This document shows, piece by piece, positions 15,222 to 27,124 of a DNA stretch of 64,000 nucleotides. The DNA comes from Phoronis australis (lineage: Eukaryota > Animalia > Phoronida): the NCBI GenBank assembly GCA_002633005.1, contig NMRA01000197.1, positions 315,418-379,417 of the forward strand, given 5' to 3'. Positions within the stretch are counted from its first letter, which is position 1, and each line of letters starts with the position of its first letter. The notes below the pieces were generated by a model. It saw only the letters and a list, made by a program, of their open reading frames with translations. It was not told where the DNA came from and ran no database searches. A program made the translations under genes and the position numbers.

Positions 15222-15388
15222 NNNNNNNNNNNNNNNNNNNNNNNNNNNNNNNNNNNNNNNNNNNNNNNNNNNNNNNNNNNNNNNNNNNNNNNNNNNNNNN
15301 NNNNNNNNNNNNNNNNNNNNNNNNNNNNNNNNNNNNNNNNNNNNNNNNNNNNNNNNNNNNNNNNNNNNNNNNNNNNNNNNNNNNNNNN

Positions 15389-15617
15389 GGGGGGGGGGGG
15401 GGCAGCTAGGGCACGGGAATAACCGGAATTTCGACAGATGCGCGCGCCTAGCCTAAAACGTGGGGACGCAGAGGCCCTCAGTTTGTTCAGGGCCTTTGCG
15501 TTGTTTATTCACCCCCGACGAGCCCCTGCTTGCGCGCACCCGAACTTCCAAATGGTATCTGGTAGAATTTTAGGGGGGCATGGCCCCCTTGGCCCCCCCC
15601 CCCTAAATCTGCCACTG
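15389..15617. mobile_element. Second copy of the 12679-12989 family, left end in assembly gap
   Basis: Shared AGGGCAC.GGAATAACC.GAATTTCG and CTAAATCTGCCACTG segments. Confidence 0.6.
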
Positions 15618-18600
15618 TTACACGATCTGTTTCACTGTACATGATGTGTAGGTTTTGTTGCCCATGCTGTCTAACGCTAAAAGACGTGTTTCACTTGTCG
15701 CAAATCCACATGCGCAAAATCATATTTTTTCTTTCACATACAATTTTAGTTACAATATTATTGTTGCGGTTACGATCGCCACACATCGTTTGTACCCGAG
15801 TTTTCTTTGAGCTCGACGTAATTAACAGCACATAAAAAACTTTTATTTGTGAGCTCTTAATGGCTTATTGCAGTTCGTGATTAAAAAACACTATTAGCTG
15901 TATTTAGCACTATGAGGTAGACACGCGATGCTTAAAGTCTAACCAGGTTAAAAAATTCGGTAGTGATTACTATGGCATTAGCATAGTTCATTTAGTGAAA
16001 TACCGGTTATTTGTTCTCCGTAAAACTGGCTGTTAATTATCGGGCCTGGTAATGCAGTTTTTTTTTTCTAAGAAATGACTAAAATAGATCACAAATCTCC
16101 ACCGAGTTTCAGATTATGAAGGCGAGTATATGCCATGAACCATACTGTGTTCTTGAGAAATCAGCACTCAAGTTCAAACATGCCATTACTGGACCCGAGC
16201 CTGACCTTATACCTATTTCCATCAAAGAACTAAAAAAATGTCCAGCGGATGTCTATGTGAGTCGCCCATGCACTATGGTTTAGACAAGTCAATGTTACAA
16301 GTACTGTTGCTACCTGCCAGCTGACATTGACACTGCTCAGTAACTTGGGATAAACACGTTTGACGCCGGGCTGGACTTTTCCGTTCTAAATGTAGCCAAC
16401 CTGTACCTTATCAAAACCATTTTCATAACTTTGTTCCATTAAGATGTTAACGAACTATCAAGTTCAGTCGTGGGAAAACGTGTTGGCTGTACGTGGGGAG
16501 GACGTGCCTTCCCCAACTCCTCTGTCGTTTCTGACAACCTTCAGAATACCATGATGAGGGGACCGTTCCATGTAACGCAGGATAATCGCGAGTCAGTAGA
16601 AGTGAGGTCATGTGCTTCGCTTGCAGCTCACCGCGATATCTCGCGACGATTCGAGTGACCTTGCTTTTCTCACAAAAAGCCCGGCTGCGTAGCTCACCAA
16701 CCAACAACAATACCGAAAAAGACGACGGTCACCACGTGTTATTGTATCCAAGGATTGCACCAGTCCTGGCGGCTATTTCAATCGTGCACAGTTTCAACAA
16801 AACAGTCTTTCTGCACTGAGTCTATTTAGATAGTTTCAGCACACTTGGTCATTATAAGTGTGACTGGTTTCAAAGAACTTCTCTTCGGCCGGGAACCGGA
16901 AATATAGTCCGTCGGGAGCAATTTGAATAATAAATGAAAAGGTGCAGGCGACAATCAACGCTTTCACGTCAACCAAAGATTGCAAATGGCCCATTCTGGA
17001 TTGAACTCTCCTCAGTCACGGAGGTATAGAAGAATGCATTTCGTGACTGACCCATTTTTCAAGTTTTGAATATCAGACACTCCTGACTTGATTAACAAGA
17101 AAAATACACCTTTATTTGTCTTTTTTAGCCATTTTGTCGGTGCCAGCATTGCAACTCAAAATACAATAATACAAGTTTGTCTGCCTTACAAAGATGAATT
17201 ATATACTAGTTAGGATATAAAGGTGCCTAGTATGTTTACATGTGAAGAGTCAAGGAAACCGCTTGACACGTGTGTTGCATTGTGAGAATTATCTTACGAA
17301 AGTGGTACTGGGCTATTTCAGGGTGGGGCTATTCAAATTCAGGCTAGAGTTCAGAAACGCCAGGTCCTCGTTAAAAAGCAAGACCTCGCGAGATTACGTG
17401 AAATATTCCCGTGTATTTTAAATGATCACACGTGATTTTGGCTAGATATTAACGAGGAAGTCCAAACGTAGGTCCTAGCCGTACTGAACTCTACCCGGCA
17501 GTTTGAACCATACTTCCGTGTATGCGTGACCTGTACCCTTATAAAGGCCAGCGCAAACGGAGGATCTTACCTGACTGCCCCAAGTGATTGATGAGTGAGG
17601 TGATGGCTCGTGTCTAGGTACTGTTCAATGAGAAAGCCAGCTAGCTCAGCTCGTACTAGTAGCTGTCCAGTCCATATGCTCCAGTCCTAACCCAGGATGA
17701 ATCGAGCAGCACTGAATACTTAATTTTGACGACGTCTGTTTAACTGTAGGGTTTCTATACTAAAGCAGTACTCCAGAGTCACTCAGACCGCGCAATTCAG
17801 GCTGCGTGTTTCAGTCCCTGAGATTCTTCCTCAGAAACTAAGTGTATTGGTTGCGTATGTTTAACACAAGTTGACCATTTGATGTCACTTATTAGTATTT
17901 TGAGACCAGGTTTCGAAAGTTGGACACAAGTATGCTATCATTGTTTACTAAGTAAGTTCGCAAAAGTAGGAAGATTTCCTGGATAGACATAACTTTTGCG
18001 TCTGCTCACAATGGATGGTATATCGCCCCACACATGCTATCTCAGTCAACTTGAGTGTAGGTCTTCTTGTAGGCCGGCTTCGCTGCAGCGATTGGTCTAT
18101 GAATTAGAAGGCCACCGGCAGAGGACTCGTGTGAGACTTGAGGTATCGGATATGTTGGTGTGACTACAAGGATTTTGAAAGAGAATAAGAGGTTAACCGA
18201 CAGTTCACTGTTTGCTCACGGTATGATCACAGGTTGATACTCTTAACTGTCGGGTCTTATAACAGGTGACAACAATAAAGTTTGCTAATAAAAGAGTCAT
18301 TGTGGATTAAGGCTCTTCATGGTGGCAGGTCCTGGAATTTTTTCTTTAGACTTATTTTGTAACCATGAAGATGGTTCAGGACTGAACCAAAATGTTGGAC
18401 TATATTGCAACTAGGGATAAATGTAAGTTTGTTTCGTCATTCCTCATTAAATTATGACCCAAACGTGAAAGTTATTGGTCACACGTTTGAATGCAGGATA
18501 AGTAAATATCCTAGACCAGTAGGCCTATGTTAGGGAACAGTGTCTAAATTCTGGTCTGCGTTCCGTGAACGCAAGACACTCGCAGTAAAAACTGGTGTGA

Positions 18601-18879
18601 TCACGTGGTTCGTTTTTAGTGCATGATATTGACATCTCGCAAAGACTTGCGCGATCTTCCGTGCAGCCTGGACTCACTTCTTTATAGCTACATTTACAAG
18701 TCGCTAAATAAGAGACTACACAAAGTTGCGTGGACACAGTTCTATGGAGCCGAGGATGATCAAACTAGAGTTTGTCATTTCAATGTTCAGTTAATGAGTT
18801 TTCACAATGTGGGTGAAGACAATTTATATCTAACCATCAGCATGTGTTGCCAATTGGCTTCACTACGAATTATTTTCCT

Positions 18880-20036
18880 ATTGTAAGGACCTTTGTTTTG
18901 CTTGGCAGTTGAACTAATGGTAAATTACATGTAATTTGATTAAAGTCATCAGTATTGAGTGGGTTAAGCGTTTACAGGATGGAAACAACACAGAATGGAA
19001 AGCCTTTCCCAATTACATTTTTTCAAGAAGTGTGAAATATTTTAATCTTCAAATCGAACCATATCAGTTGCTGTCCTTACAATACCTTCTAATAATGACA
19101 TTCTAACGTCATAGGAAAAAATCTCTAGACATATCAATTATTAACCAGATGATTTGAAACAACAAAGACGTATTAATTAACGAAAACTGTATTTTTTGAA
19201 AATAAATTTCTATCTTGGGACGTTCTGAAGGATAGATAAAAGTTATGAAATTGGATAAGTTATATATTACCTTTAGACGAGCGATGAACTTGCAGGTTTG
19301 AAACATCGTGACTTCCAAGTCAAAAAATACAAAATCTTTCAAATAAAATCAGTTTGATACTCATTATGCGAGAAATATGATACTTTCTAAAATTGCCGCG
19401 CGTCCAGGTGTTGAATGCAGTTGGATTGAGCGTTATTCCAGACAACAAATTAAGCAAATCTATGGTCTTCCATACAAACCTTCATTACTTCATTATGTCA
19501 GAACATTTAAAAATTATTATGTTCATAGAAAGGTTTTCACCAAATTTATGTAAAAAATAAAGGCATTAGCGAGGTCACATGTACATCTTGTGGAGCTGTA
19601 AAACTTTTGACCACTATTTTTATTGAATTTAAGTCGTGTGGCATGACGTTCTGGGGTTAACAACATCATTTAAACTTGGACAAGGATGTGATACTGACTG
19701 TATATTTTGGATGTGATTTTGAGGATATCAATAGTATTTTAACCATGTGTCAATATTTTACTTATCTGTGTGCTAAGGACCAAACTGCACCCACTTACAC
19801 AGCATTTAAATATTGTCTTTGTAACTATATTGCCATAAGAAATAGTCTCCTTTTGAGAAATCTGAAACCCAATCATAGTCTTTGGGAAATTCTAAACAAC
19901 TTTTGAAGCAATATTGAAAAGAAATGTCTTCCCATTATTTGAAGGACTGATGTATCTGTGTGTGTGAGAGTGTATACCTGTTGTATCATTAATGCAATTG
20001 TTATTTTCGTGAATAAAAGTAACTAAAAAGGAAAAA
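18880..20036 (+). mobile_element. Degenerate 3' end of an L1/Tx1-type LINE
   Basis: Broken frames EWVKRLQDGNNTEWKAFP, QMI*NNKDVLINENCIF, Cys-knuckle remnant, then AATAAA and an A-rich tail. Confidence 0.6.
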
Positions 20037-20733
20037 TATTCAGTTCTGTCTGGCTATATGAATTTCCATCATTGATTCTTCCAGTCGAAGCAATACTGAG
20101 TCTGTGGGGGCATATCCGGTAGCAGATGGGCATATCTCCAATTCGACCACAAAACAATAGATTATTCCTACTTCACGTCGTCTCATTGGTCATAATTGCA
20201 ATAGGCGCCAAAGAGATGTGTCCCATTGTTGACAGTGTAATTGTAATTCTTCCTCGTCTGCAGTAAATAAAAGCAATCGGCAATAGTTGTCTGAAAGGTA
20301 GAGAATCCAACCCAGCCAGCTCAATTCCTCAAGGGGCAGTGGAAATGTCAGAACGAATTCGACATTTTCCTAAATGCCACACCAAAACGTGAAAGTATTG
20401 TTGTGCAAAGCGCCCCCTGCGATTTCTTATATCAGGCAATCATCAATCTACACAATGTGCTGCGATGCAATGCCGGGCCAAGACTCTCAAATCGAGCAAT
20501 GTAGCGCCATCTGTTATATAGTGTAGGTTGCTGATCGTGCGTTTTAACGTTTGTTCACAGTGTCTTTATGTGACCTTTAGAGTGGCGATGTGGACGCCAT
20601 TTACATTTTGTCATGCACAGCGCCACTCGGGCCCTATGTACTTATCGATGAACGACACACGGAATTCTGTGTGTGCATCAGTGCGCATGTCTTGGTTTGG
20701 ACTTTTATTGCTTACGTAGTACGATATAATCAG

Positions 20734-21240
20734 CACAGACGTCCTCAGCTTCTGATCGTCCCCAATACACCATATATAATACTACAACGTATGACACTCC
20801 CGATCAGAAATTCCACGGGTGCTTTTACTTCAGCCGGAATTATCCTATGAGTTACGGATGGACGGCTCATCACGGAAGGTTACGAAATGGTTTGGAGTTA
20901 TCGATGTCGCGACACTCCGTGACAAATCGGCAACTGCCGTATCGTCCTTGACCTCGAGCCGTCCAAGGAGGCTCGATGCGTTGGCTTTTTGGGAACATTT
21001 CTGTGCTTTGACCGCGAATTTGTTGCGATCTCGCTAGAGCAGGACACCGTGAATGGTATTAGAAAAAAAGAACAAATGCTAATGGTTTGTTGAAACCTTG
21101 TTTTGTGTAAATTTATTGAGTTTTGTGTTTGATATGGACGGCTGAAGTGAAGCACCAGTGGAATTTCTTGTCGGGAGTGTCATACCTTGTAGTCTTATAT
21201 ATGGTGTATTGGGGACGATCAGAAGCTGAGGACGCCCGTG
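20734..21240. mobile_element. MITE with about 100-bp TIRs and 8-bp TSD (P-element-like CA...TG termini)
   Basis: ATAATCAG at 20726-20733 and 21241-21248; CACAGACGTCCTCAGCTTCTGATCGTCCCCAATACACC... mirrored at right end. Confidence 0.85.
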
Positions 21241-22552
21241 ATAATCAGCCGGGCAAGTAACAGTGAATTATTTTGTTGGTTTGTTTGACGCCGTGTAATC
21301 TTGCGTGTGTCAAAATATTACTAAATTGTGTAGATTATGCATTGATTTTTTCCTTGTGTTTTTAACCGCAAGCCTGGAATCAATTTTTGTGCTGATATCG
21401 GTTAAAATTACGAAACACAAACTCAGACTGGAGTCTAGCACTGAGCTATTCCCCCAAGCAATCTACCACATATAAATCTGATAACTTATCGGTGCCAATG
21501 GTATTCGCTTCCGTAATTGTTCAGCTAAAGTGTGTAAGTATTAGTAAGTCTTTGAACGTTCACGTTTCAGATTTTATTGAAGTCGTAACTTTGCCGATAC
21601 TAAGGCTAATGAAGAAGGAGGCGCCACAGACATTGTGACTGTGTTGCACTGTTTTGGCGAAAGCTTCCGCTTCCGTTTTGCTCGTTCACAAAATTGATAC
21701 CAGGTATTCTGTTTTGCAACTTATTGCAGTTCGCGGATAAAGCGAAAGTTGCAATGACAAAGCAAGCTCTAATGAAGCCCCTATATGTTGAATTTTTTTG
21801 TCTTTACAATAGCTGGTCCTACGATGACCATAAATAATAATACAGTCTCTGAATCTTCGACAAATGGCTGACACAACTCTGTACACTGTCGCTTAATTGA
21901 GGCAGCATTCACTACTTCTACAGCAACAAAAAAGTGAGACTACAGCAACTGTAGAACTAAAATGATTCCGCTTTAGTAATAGTAATCTTAACAAAAGTGT
22001 CTATAACAGCAACAACCTCATTAGTTGTTCCTTTGTCTGTGAGACGCAATACACCAACAAAGACACCAGAGTCCAGGATTTAATCTCTGACTGGAAATCT
22101 AACCATCCACACTATACGAGTCGAATAAAAATTTGCAAATACACTATTACTACTGCTGGAAGCGTGAGTTTTGAGCACATAGATCAGACCATGGACGTCT
22201 AAAAAGGAATGTCTGCCCCCACCGACCAGATATTTGACTGAAATGGGTTTCTTTTTAAGTACAAAACGTCGCATGTTTTTGCTGTTTTATTGCTTTAACC
22301 GTCGCTATAACGGTATGGTCATTGAATGAAGTTTGAGTGTGTTTATAAAGAAAGAAAGAAAGTGTGATTGAATATAGGCCTAAAGCGTTTTGATCATGGC
22401 TAATTAAATCGGAAAACCCAAACACGATAAATCATTCAAATTTAGTTTCAGATCGTCTGGTAAATTTCATGATTTATTTACGTCATTCACTGTGAAACGA
22501 TAGCTGAGTCCTCTCAAGCACGACACAAACAACTTGATTGACTAGTTCATGG

Positions 22553-23154
22553 CAGTGGTGGATCTAGGATATCACAAGGGGGAGCCAACATTTTGTCTGA
22601 AAACATTTGTGCAAAGCACGATTAGATGCGCATAGCACCGAATGGGGGGGAGGTCGGGAGGGGGGTACGCCCCACCGAACGTGTCAAACATGAAAAACTG
22701 CGATTATCACAGACTCGAACCCACGACCTGGCGGTTAGAGCGCGCGTACTTTACCACTGCACCACCACGATTTCACTCATTGATTTGATAATAAGAGACC
22801 TACTCGTTTATGGTCCACAGCGTTTGCGCGTGAAACCTACTTCTTTTTGTAATGCTTATTACACGTTTTATATTTTGTGCCATCAATTCTTAACAAATTT
22901 GTCGTATTTAAAATAGTCTTCAAATGCCCAAAAGACCAAATCCGTTTTTCGTGTTGGCAATAATGACGCGAGTACTTTGGAAATCGTCTTAAGTTAAGGT
23001 TTGACAAAGAGAGAATTATGAGTTTCTGAGTGATTCGCTAAGGCTTCGATTAAAATTCACATCTTACCAGCAGCTTCTGTGTTTTCATCGTCACTCAGAT
23101 TCCACTTTCTTTAAAAAAATGAAGTAATTGCCCCCCCCCCTAAATCCGACTATG
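22553..23154. mobile_element. Non-autonomous DNA element with imperfect TIR and 5-bp TSD CATGG
   Basis: CAGTGGTGGATCTAGG ... CCTAAATCCGACTATG; CATGG at 22548-22552 and 23155-23159. Confidence 0.55.
22703..22770 (-). mobile_element. tRNA-derived SINE head or tRNA-like fragment
   Basis: Minus strand A-box TGGTGCAGTGG and B-box GGTTCGAGTC at tRNA spacing; no complete cloverleaf. Confidence 0.5.
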
Positions 23155-23484
23155 CATGGATCGAGAATTCTGGATTGTAATTCGCTGCCACTGAGTGGTT
23201 CTTACGCTGTTGATGGCGCTCGATGATGAGCAGGTGGAGCAAAGACCCAGGACAGTTTCGTTCTGCCCTCGCTGTATTTGGTGTGGGCGTGGCTCGACAA
23301 CAACAACACCTCTATAAATGGTCAATGCCCACGTACATTGCACTGGTGTTTGTTCGTAGTAAATATCCAGCACCTGCATAAACTGTATTTTACAGATCGT
23401 TTATTTATCGTCGTATTGTTTGCTTAATATGTGACTTTTAGCCTCTTTGGAAGTTCTTAGAACTTGAAATAGTAGACTATATGC

Positions 23485-23547
23485 AAAACAATAACAAACA
23501 AACAAATAAACAAACAAATAAACAAACAAACAAATAAACAAACAAAC
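23485..23547. repeat. (AAAC/AAAT)n microsatellite
   Basis: Directly visible. Confidence 0.85.
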
Positions 23548-24276
23548 GGTGTTTTGTATATTCTGTAAAGCTTTTTTGAAATGCGAAAGTAAACGACCAA
23601 CAAGCTAGTCAACTCAAAAAAATCCAATTTTTGTATTTTAGTATACATGAATTCTACTCACTAATTAACACTTCAATGTTACCCTTGCTGAATTCTCAGA
23701 GTACAAACTACCTTCGCAGGATCTCAGTGGCAGAGTCAAATTTTTAGAGCTCTAGGTCACTCTGCTTTGTTAAATATTAAACAATCGAGAAGCAAAGGTT
23801 TTGATGCCACGTTTACACGATGTTTTGCACATAAACAGCTCAATATAATCCATTATGTTCTAACGTTTGTCGTTACTTTCGTTTTTTAAGTGTGAACGTG
23901 TACGCGCTAGGGCTCTGAGATCATTTCTTGGGACAAAAAATTGCAGTCAATAGTTTTATATAGCGATGGTTGACGAGCGAACTATTATTCATTTGTTGAA
24001 CCGTGTATTTTTAAAGAATGATGACCGAATTACTTAACGCAATAATAACATTTCAAGAGAAAAATGGTTCACACGTTAAAAGGTTCTAAATTCGGTAAAC
24101 ACGATAGCAGAGCTCAGTGCAGCGTATGCACATAAAGAAGAGTTGAGTTGGAAAAAGATGATAAGTTACAACTTTTTAAAACTTTTAAAACAAATTTATG
24201 TATATTTTGCCAGGCGTGAGGTCCTATTTCTTAAGGAAGACGGATGTATACCCAGATTAGCTGGGATGTTATTATT

Positions 24277-24588
24277 ACACCTCAGAAGGCAAGGATCCTA
24301 TACCCCAGAAGACAAGGATCCCACACCTCAGAAGACAAGGATCCAACACCCCAGAAGGCAAGGATGCACACACACCCCAGAAGGCAAAGATCCACACACA
24401 CACCTCAGAAGGCAAGGATCCAACACCTCACAAAACAAGGATCCAACGTCCCAGAAGGCAAGAATCTACACACACCTCAGAAGGCAAGGATCCAAAACCC
24501 CAGAAAACAAGGACCCAACACCCCAGAAGGCAAGGATCCAACACCCCAAACGGCAAGGATTCAACACCTAGAAGGCAATGATCCAACA
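24277..24588. repeat. About 22-bp minisatellite (ACACCCCAGAAGGCAAGGATCCA)
   Basis: Directly visible tandem units; explains ORFs 24143-24711. Confidence 0.9.
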
Positions 24589-24916
24589 GTACGATCATGG
24601 CTCTGGACACGACATACATACGGGATTGAGACATTTCCTATTCAACTATCACAGCAATGCGCAAGCAGACAACCAGGAGTAGCGAGGAGGAATTTCTTCT
24701 CTGGAGGTTGAGAGGGAAAGGTTCCGGGACATAAGCGACAATGTAAACTTTGCAATAGTAACTAAGTTGAACGTGAATGTTCTTCTGTGTGAGTTAGTCT
24801 CAAATTTTGTCGTGCTGGGTGGCTAAATGACTGAAAGTAAGACATACACCTATTTTTAATTATGTACAAAAAGCAGTACGCTTAAGTTCATCGAAATCTG
24901 CCATATCAGTCCACCT

Positions 24917-25114
24917 TTTAGACCGTAGTCTGCTTTTGTTTGACAACATTTGCATGTTTAAAGGAGATTGAGAGTTAGGTCTAGGATTAGGGGTTGGTGG
25001 TTAGTGTCAAGTCTAGGTTAGGATTGCAGTTGAGAAAAGGGTTTTAAGGTTCGGTCAAGGTTTAGGGTTAATGCTTTGGTTAGAGTCAACACAAACGCGC
25101 CTACAGTCTTAAAA
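24917..25114. mobile_element. Small TIR element with a degenerate TTAGGG-like interior
   Basis: TTTAGACCGTAGTCTGCTTTTGTTTGAC resembles the reverse complement of GTCAACACAAACGCGCCTACAGTCTTAAAA; interior TTAGGT/TTAGGG/CTAGGT. Confidence 0.5.
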
Positions 25115-26030
25115 TAATAATGTTCTAATTTGTATTTGGTCTTGTGTAGTAATAAAGTTTTGTAAATTATCCACAGTTCTTCAAGTTACCGGAAAACCGA
25201 AAGGCCTCGACCGTGTGAACATTGCATATTACGTTTTTTACAGTGCCATCTGGCATCCGACTCAGGAAGGTAACCTACAGTAACATTTAATCGTGGATAT
25301 TTATTGAGTGGTAGTATCAGTAAACGCTCATGGTCAGTGTGTCATCAAATCCGTCGCAACTCAAGGTCTCGTCAATAAATAGTTGGCAGTGTGGGAAAAA
25401 CACCGCACTTATATAAGTTACGCTTCATGGATAACTTCATGGATAACTTTTACCAAGCGTGAAAAAAGTCGTTAAAACTACTGAACTAGATACTGTGTGT
25501 CCTATGGGTAAAATAACGCATTGATCACGCAGGCGGCAAATCATTACTTTGTTTTGGGATGATACAATAAGCAGTTTTGATTGATACCAAATCCCCGGAG
25601 CGCATTCAAATAACGCAAAGCGCTCAAAACTGTTTGTACAGCACTGGCTTGACCTCCCTCGCGTTTCATAGGGTAAAACAGTCGCCGTGAGGAGGCTCTG
25701 TGCTTCGTTACTAGTACGGCTCTAATGTCACGTGCGAGAACAATGACATCGGTCGGTGAAGACTAGTTCTTAAAGGCGAAGGCAACCTTTTTCCATGAGC
25801 TAAAATAAGGTTGGTTGGTTATCTTAGACATATTTTCCACTTAATTACAGCTTTTCGTAATTTTATTAATTACTCGTCCGCTACTGCGGAAGTGACGTTT
25901 TAGGAGGCAAGCATTTCGCGCCAATTTCTTTTCATATAGTCTGACTGTGAGAGCTGCCAAGTCAGTCATTGTTCTATCTCGGTTGTGTTAAGTTCCGTCG
26001 TCGTTTGCTTTCATTTACTAGTCAGTCAAC

Positions 26031-27038
26031 ATGCCACACTGTTGCTGGATACCGGAATGTACTAATTAGCGGCTCACGCGCGCTTTGGGAGTACCTTTGC
26101 ATCGCTTTCCGATGGATGACACAATTCGCCGTGCTTGGCTCGTTTGTGTGAAGAACGCAGCGTTACCCGTCCACGCAACGTACAAAGCAGTGGAGAATTA
26201 CCGAGTGTGTGGCAAGCACTTTCTGCCGTCCGATTACGAAAGGGATATGTACGCTGAACTGATGAAGGTCCCTGCGAAACAACGCCTGAAGAAGGATCCC
26301 ATTCCGTCTGTGTTGATTCCCGGCAGTGCCCCGTCGCCACCCCCGAGAAGTACGTTTTTGAAGCGAGAAGCCTCGAGAGCTGTGGCCAGTACAGTGACTG
26401 GAGCCAGTGGAGGCACTTCATCTACTGTCACCCGTGCCTCCGAACGTACCCCAGAGCGTGCAATTCCTGGAACCAGTAGTGATTTGCCCTGTGCTGTTTT
26501 CTCCAGCCCAGAGCCTCTAAGCAGCCCTGCAGCGATATTGAGTAGTGGGAGTGATTACAGGCTCAGTTCGACACCCAGTGAAGAGGACAGTTCGTCGTCC
26601 AGTGAACAGATCGGTGAGCCAAACTTTGATAAGTTTATTGTGGACTTGTCTAAAGTGTTGGAGCTATTTAGAAGGTGCCAGGTGTGTGGCGAGGGAGTCA
26701 CACGACACGATGTAAGCAGTTTGGGTGCTCAGGTCACCATCCAGTGGGAGTGTGTCGCGGGACACTCTGGCAAGTGGGACAGTTGTTCCTCTGTCCGTGG
26801 TATGCCGGAGGTCCACTTAACCGTGTCCAGTAGTGGCTTGGCCTCGTCGAACTCTGAACAGCACAAGCATTCCATTGAGGTAGGCATAACAACGCACACA
26901 GTGCATTTGCACCAAGATGTGTCACCACGTCTGTCCTCAGTAGCCGCCTCGTTTCTCTCAACAGCTGCCTGTGCCTGTGCGTACTCTGCCTCGTTATACT
27001 CGGGCTCAAACATGTACCCACCCACTGAATGTCCGTGA
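26031..27038 (+). pseudogene. Kolobok transposase N-terminal fragment (THAP zinc finger plus second zinc-finger region), DDE core deleted; nonsense codon at 26067-26069
   Basis: MPHCCWIPECTN*...LHRFP...W...VCGKHF...LKKDPIPS is a THAP C2CH signature; [19 protein letters not shown]...[11 protein letters not shown] resembles the region preceding the Kolobok catalytic domain; beyond about 26820 the frame reads antisense KolX. Confidence 0.85.
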
Positions 27039-27124
27039 AAAAATTCCTCGTCACCACTGCTGTGAACAAGGTCTCCGTCACTCACACTACTGTCACTGTG
27101 ATACGGGTCACCGACTCCAGCCAT
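26729..27124 (-). pseudogene. KolX-like accessory protein N-terminal fragment (P2X7 C-terminal ballast-like Cys-rich domain), truncated near 26820
   Basis: ATG at 27124; acidic leader, GYMFEPE, then [22 protein letters not shown]; the C-terminal half of the domain is missing. Confidence 0.8.

Noticed and set aside
15077-15422. 110-aa ORFs
   Set aside because: Run through a (CA)n tract and an N gap
22703-22770. Functional tRNA gene
   Set aside because: A and B boxes present but the acceptor stem does not pair; embedded in a repeat
24143-24711. 142- and 155-aa repetitive ORFs
   Set aside because: Artefacts of the 22-bp minisatellite
26085-27038. Host THAP transcription-factor gene or P2RX7 gene
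   Set aside because: Intronless, bounded by TIRs and TTAA TSDs, multi-copy, with nonsense codons; no P2X ectodomain or TM helices
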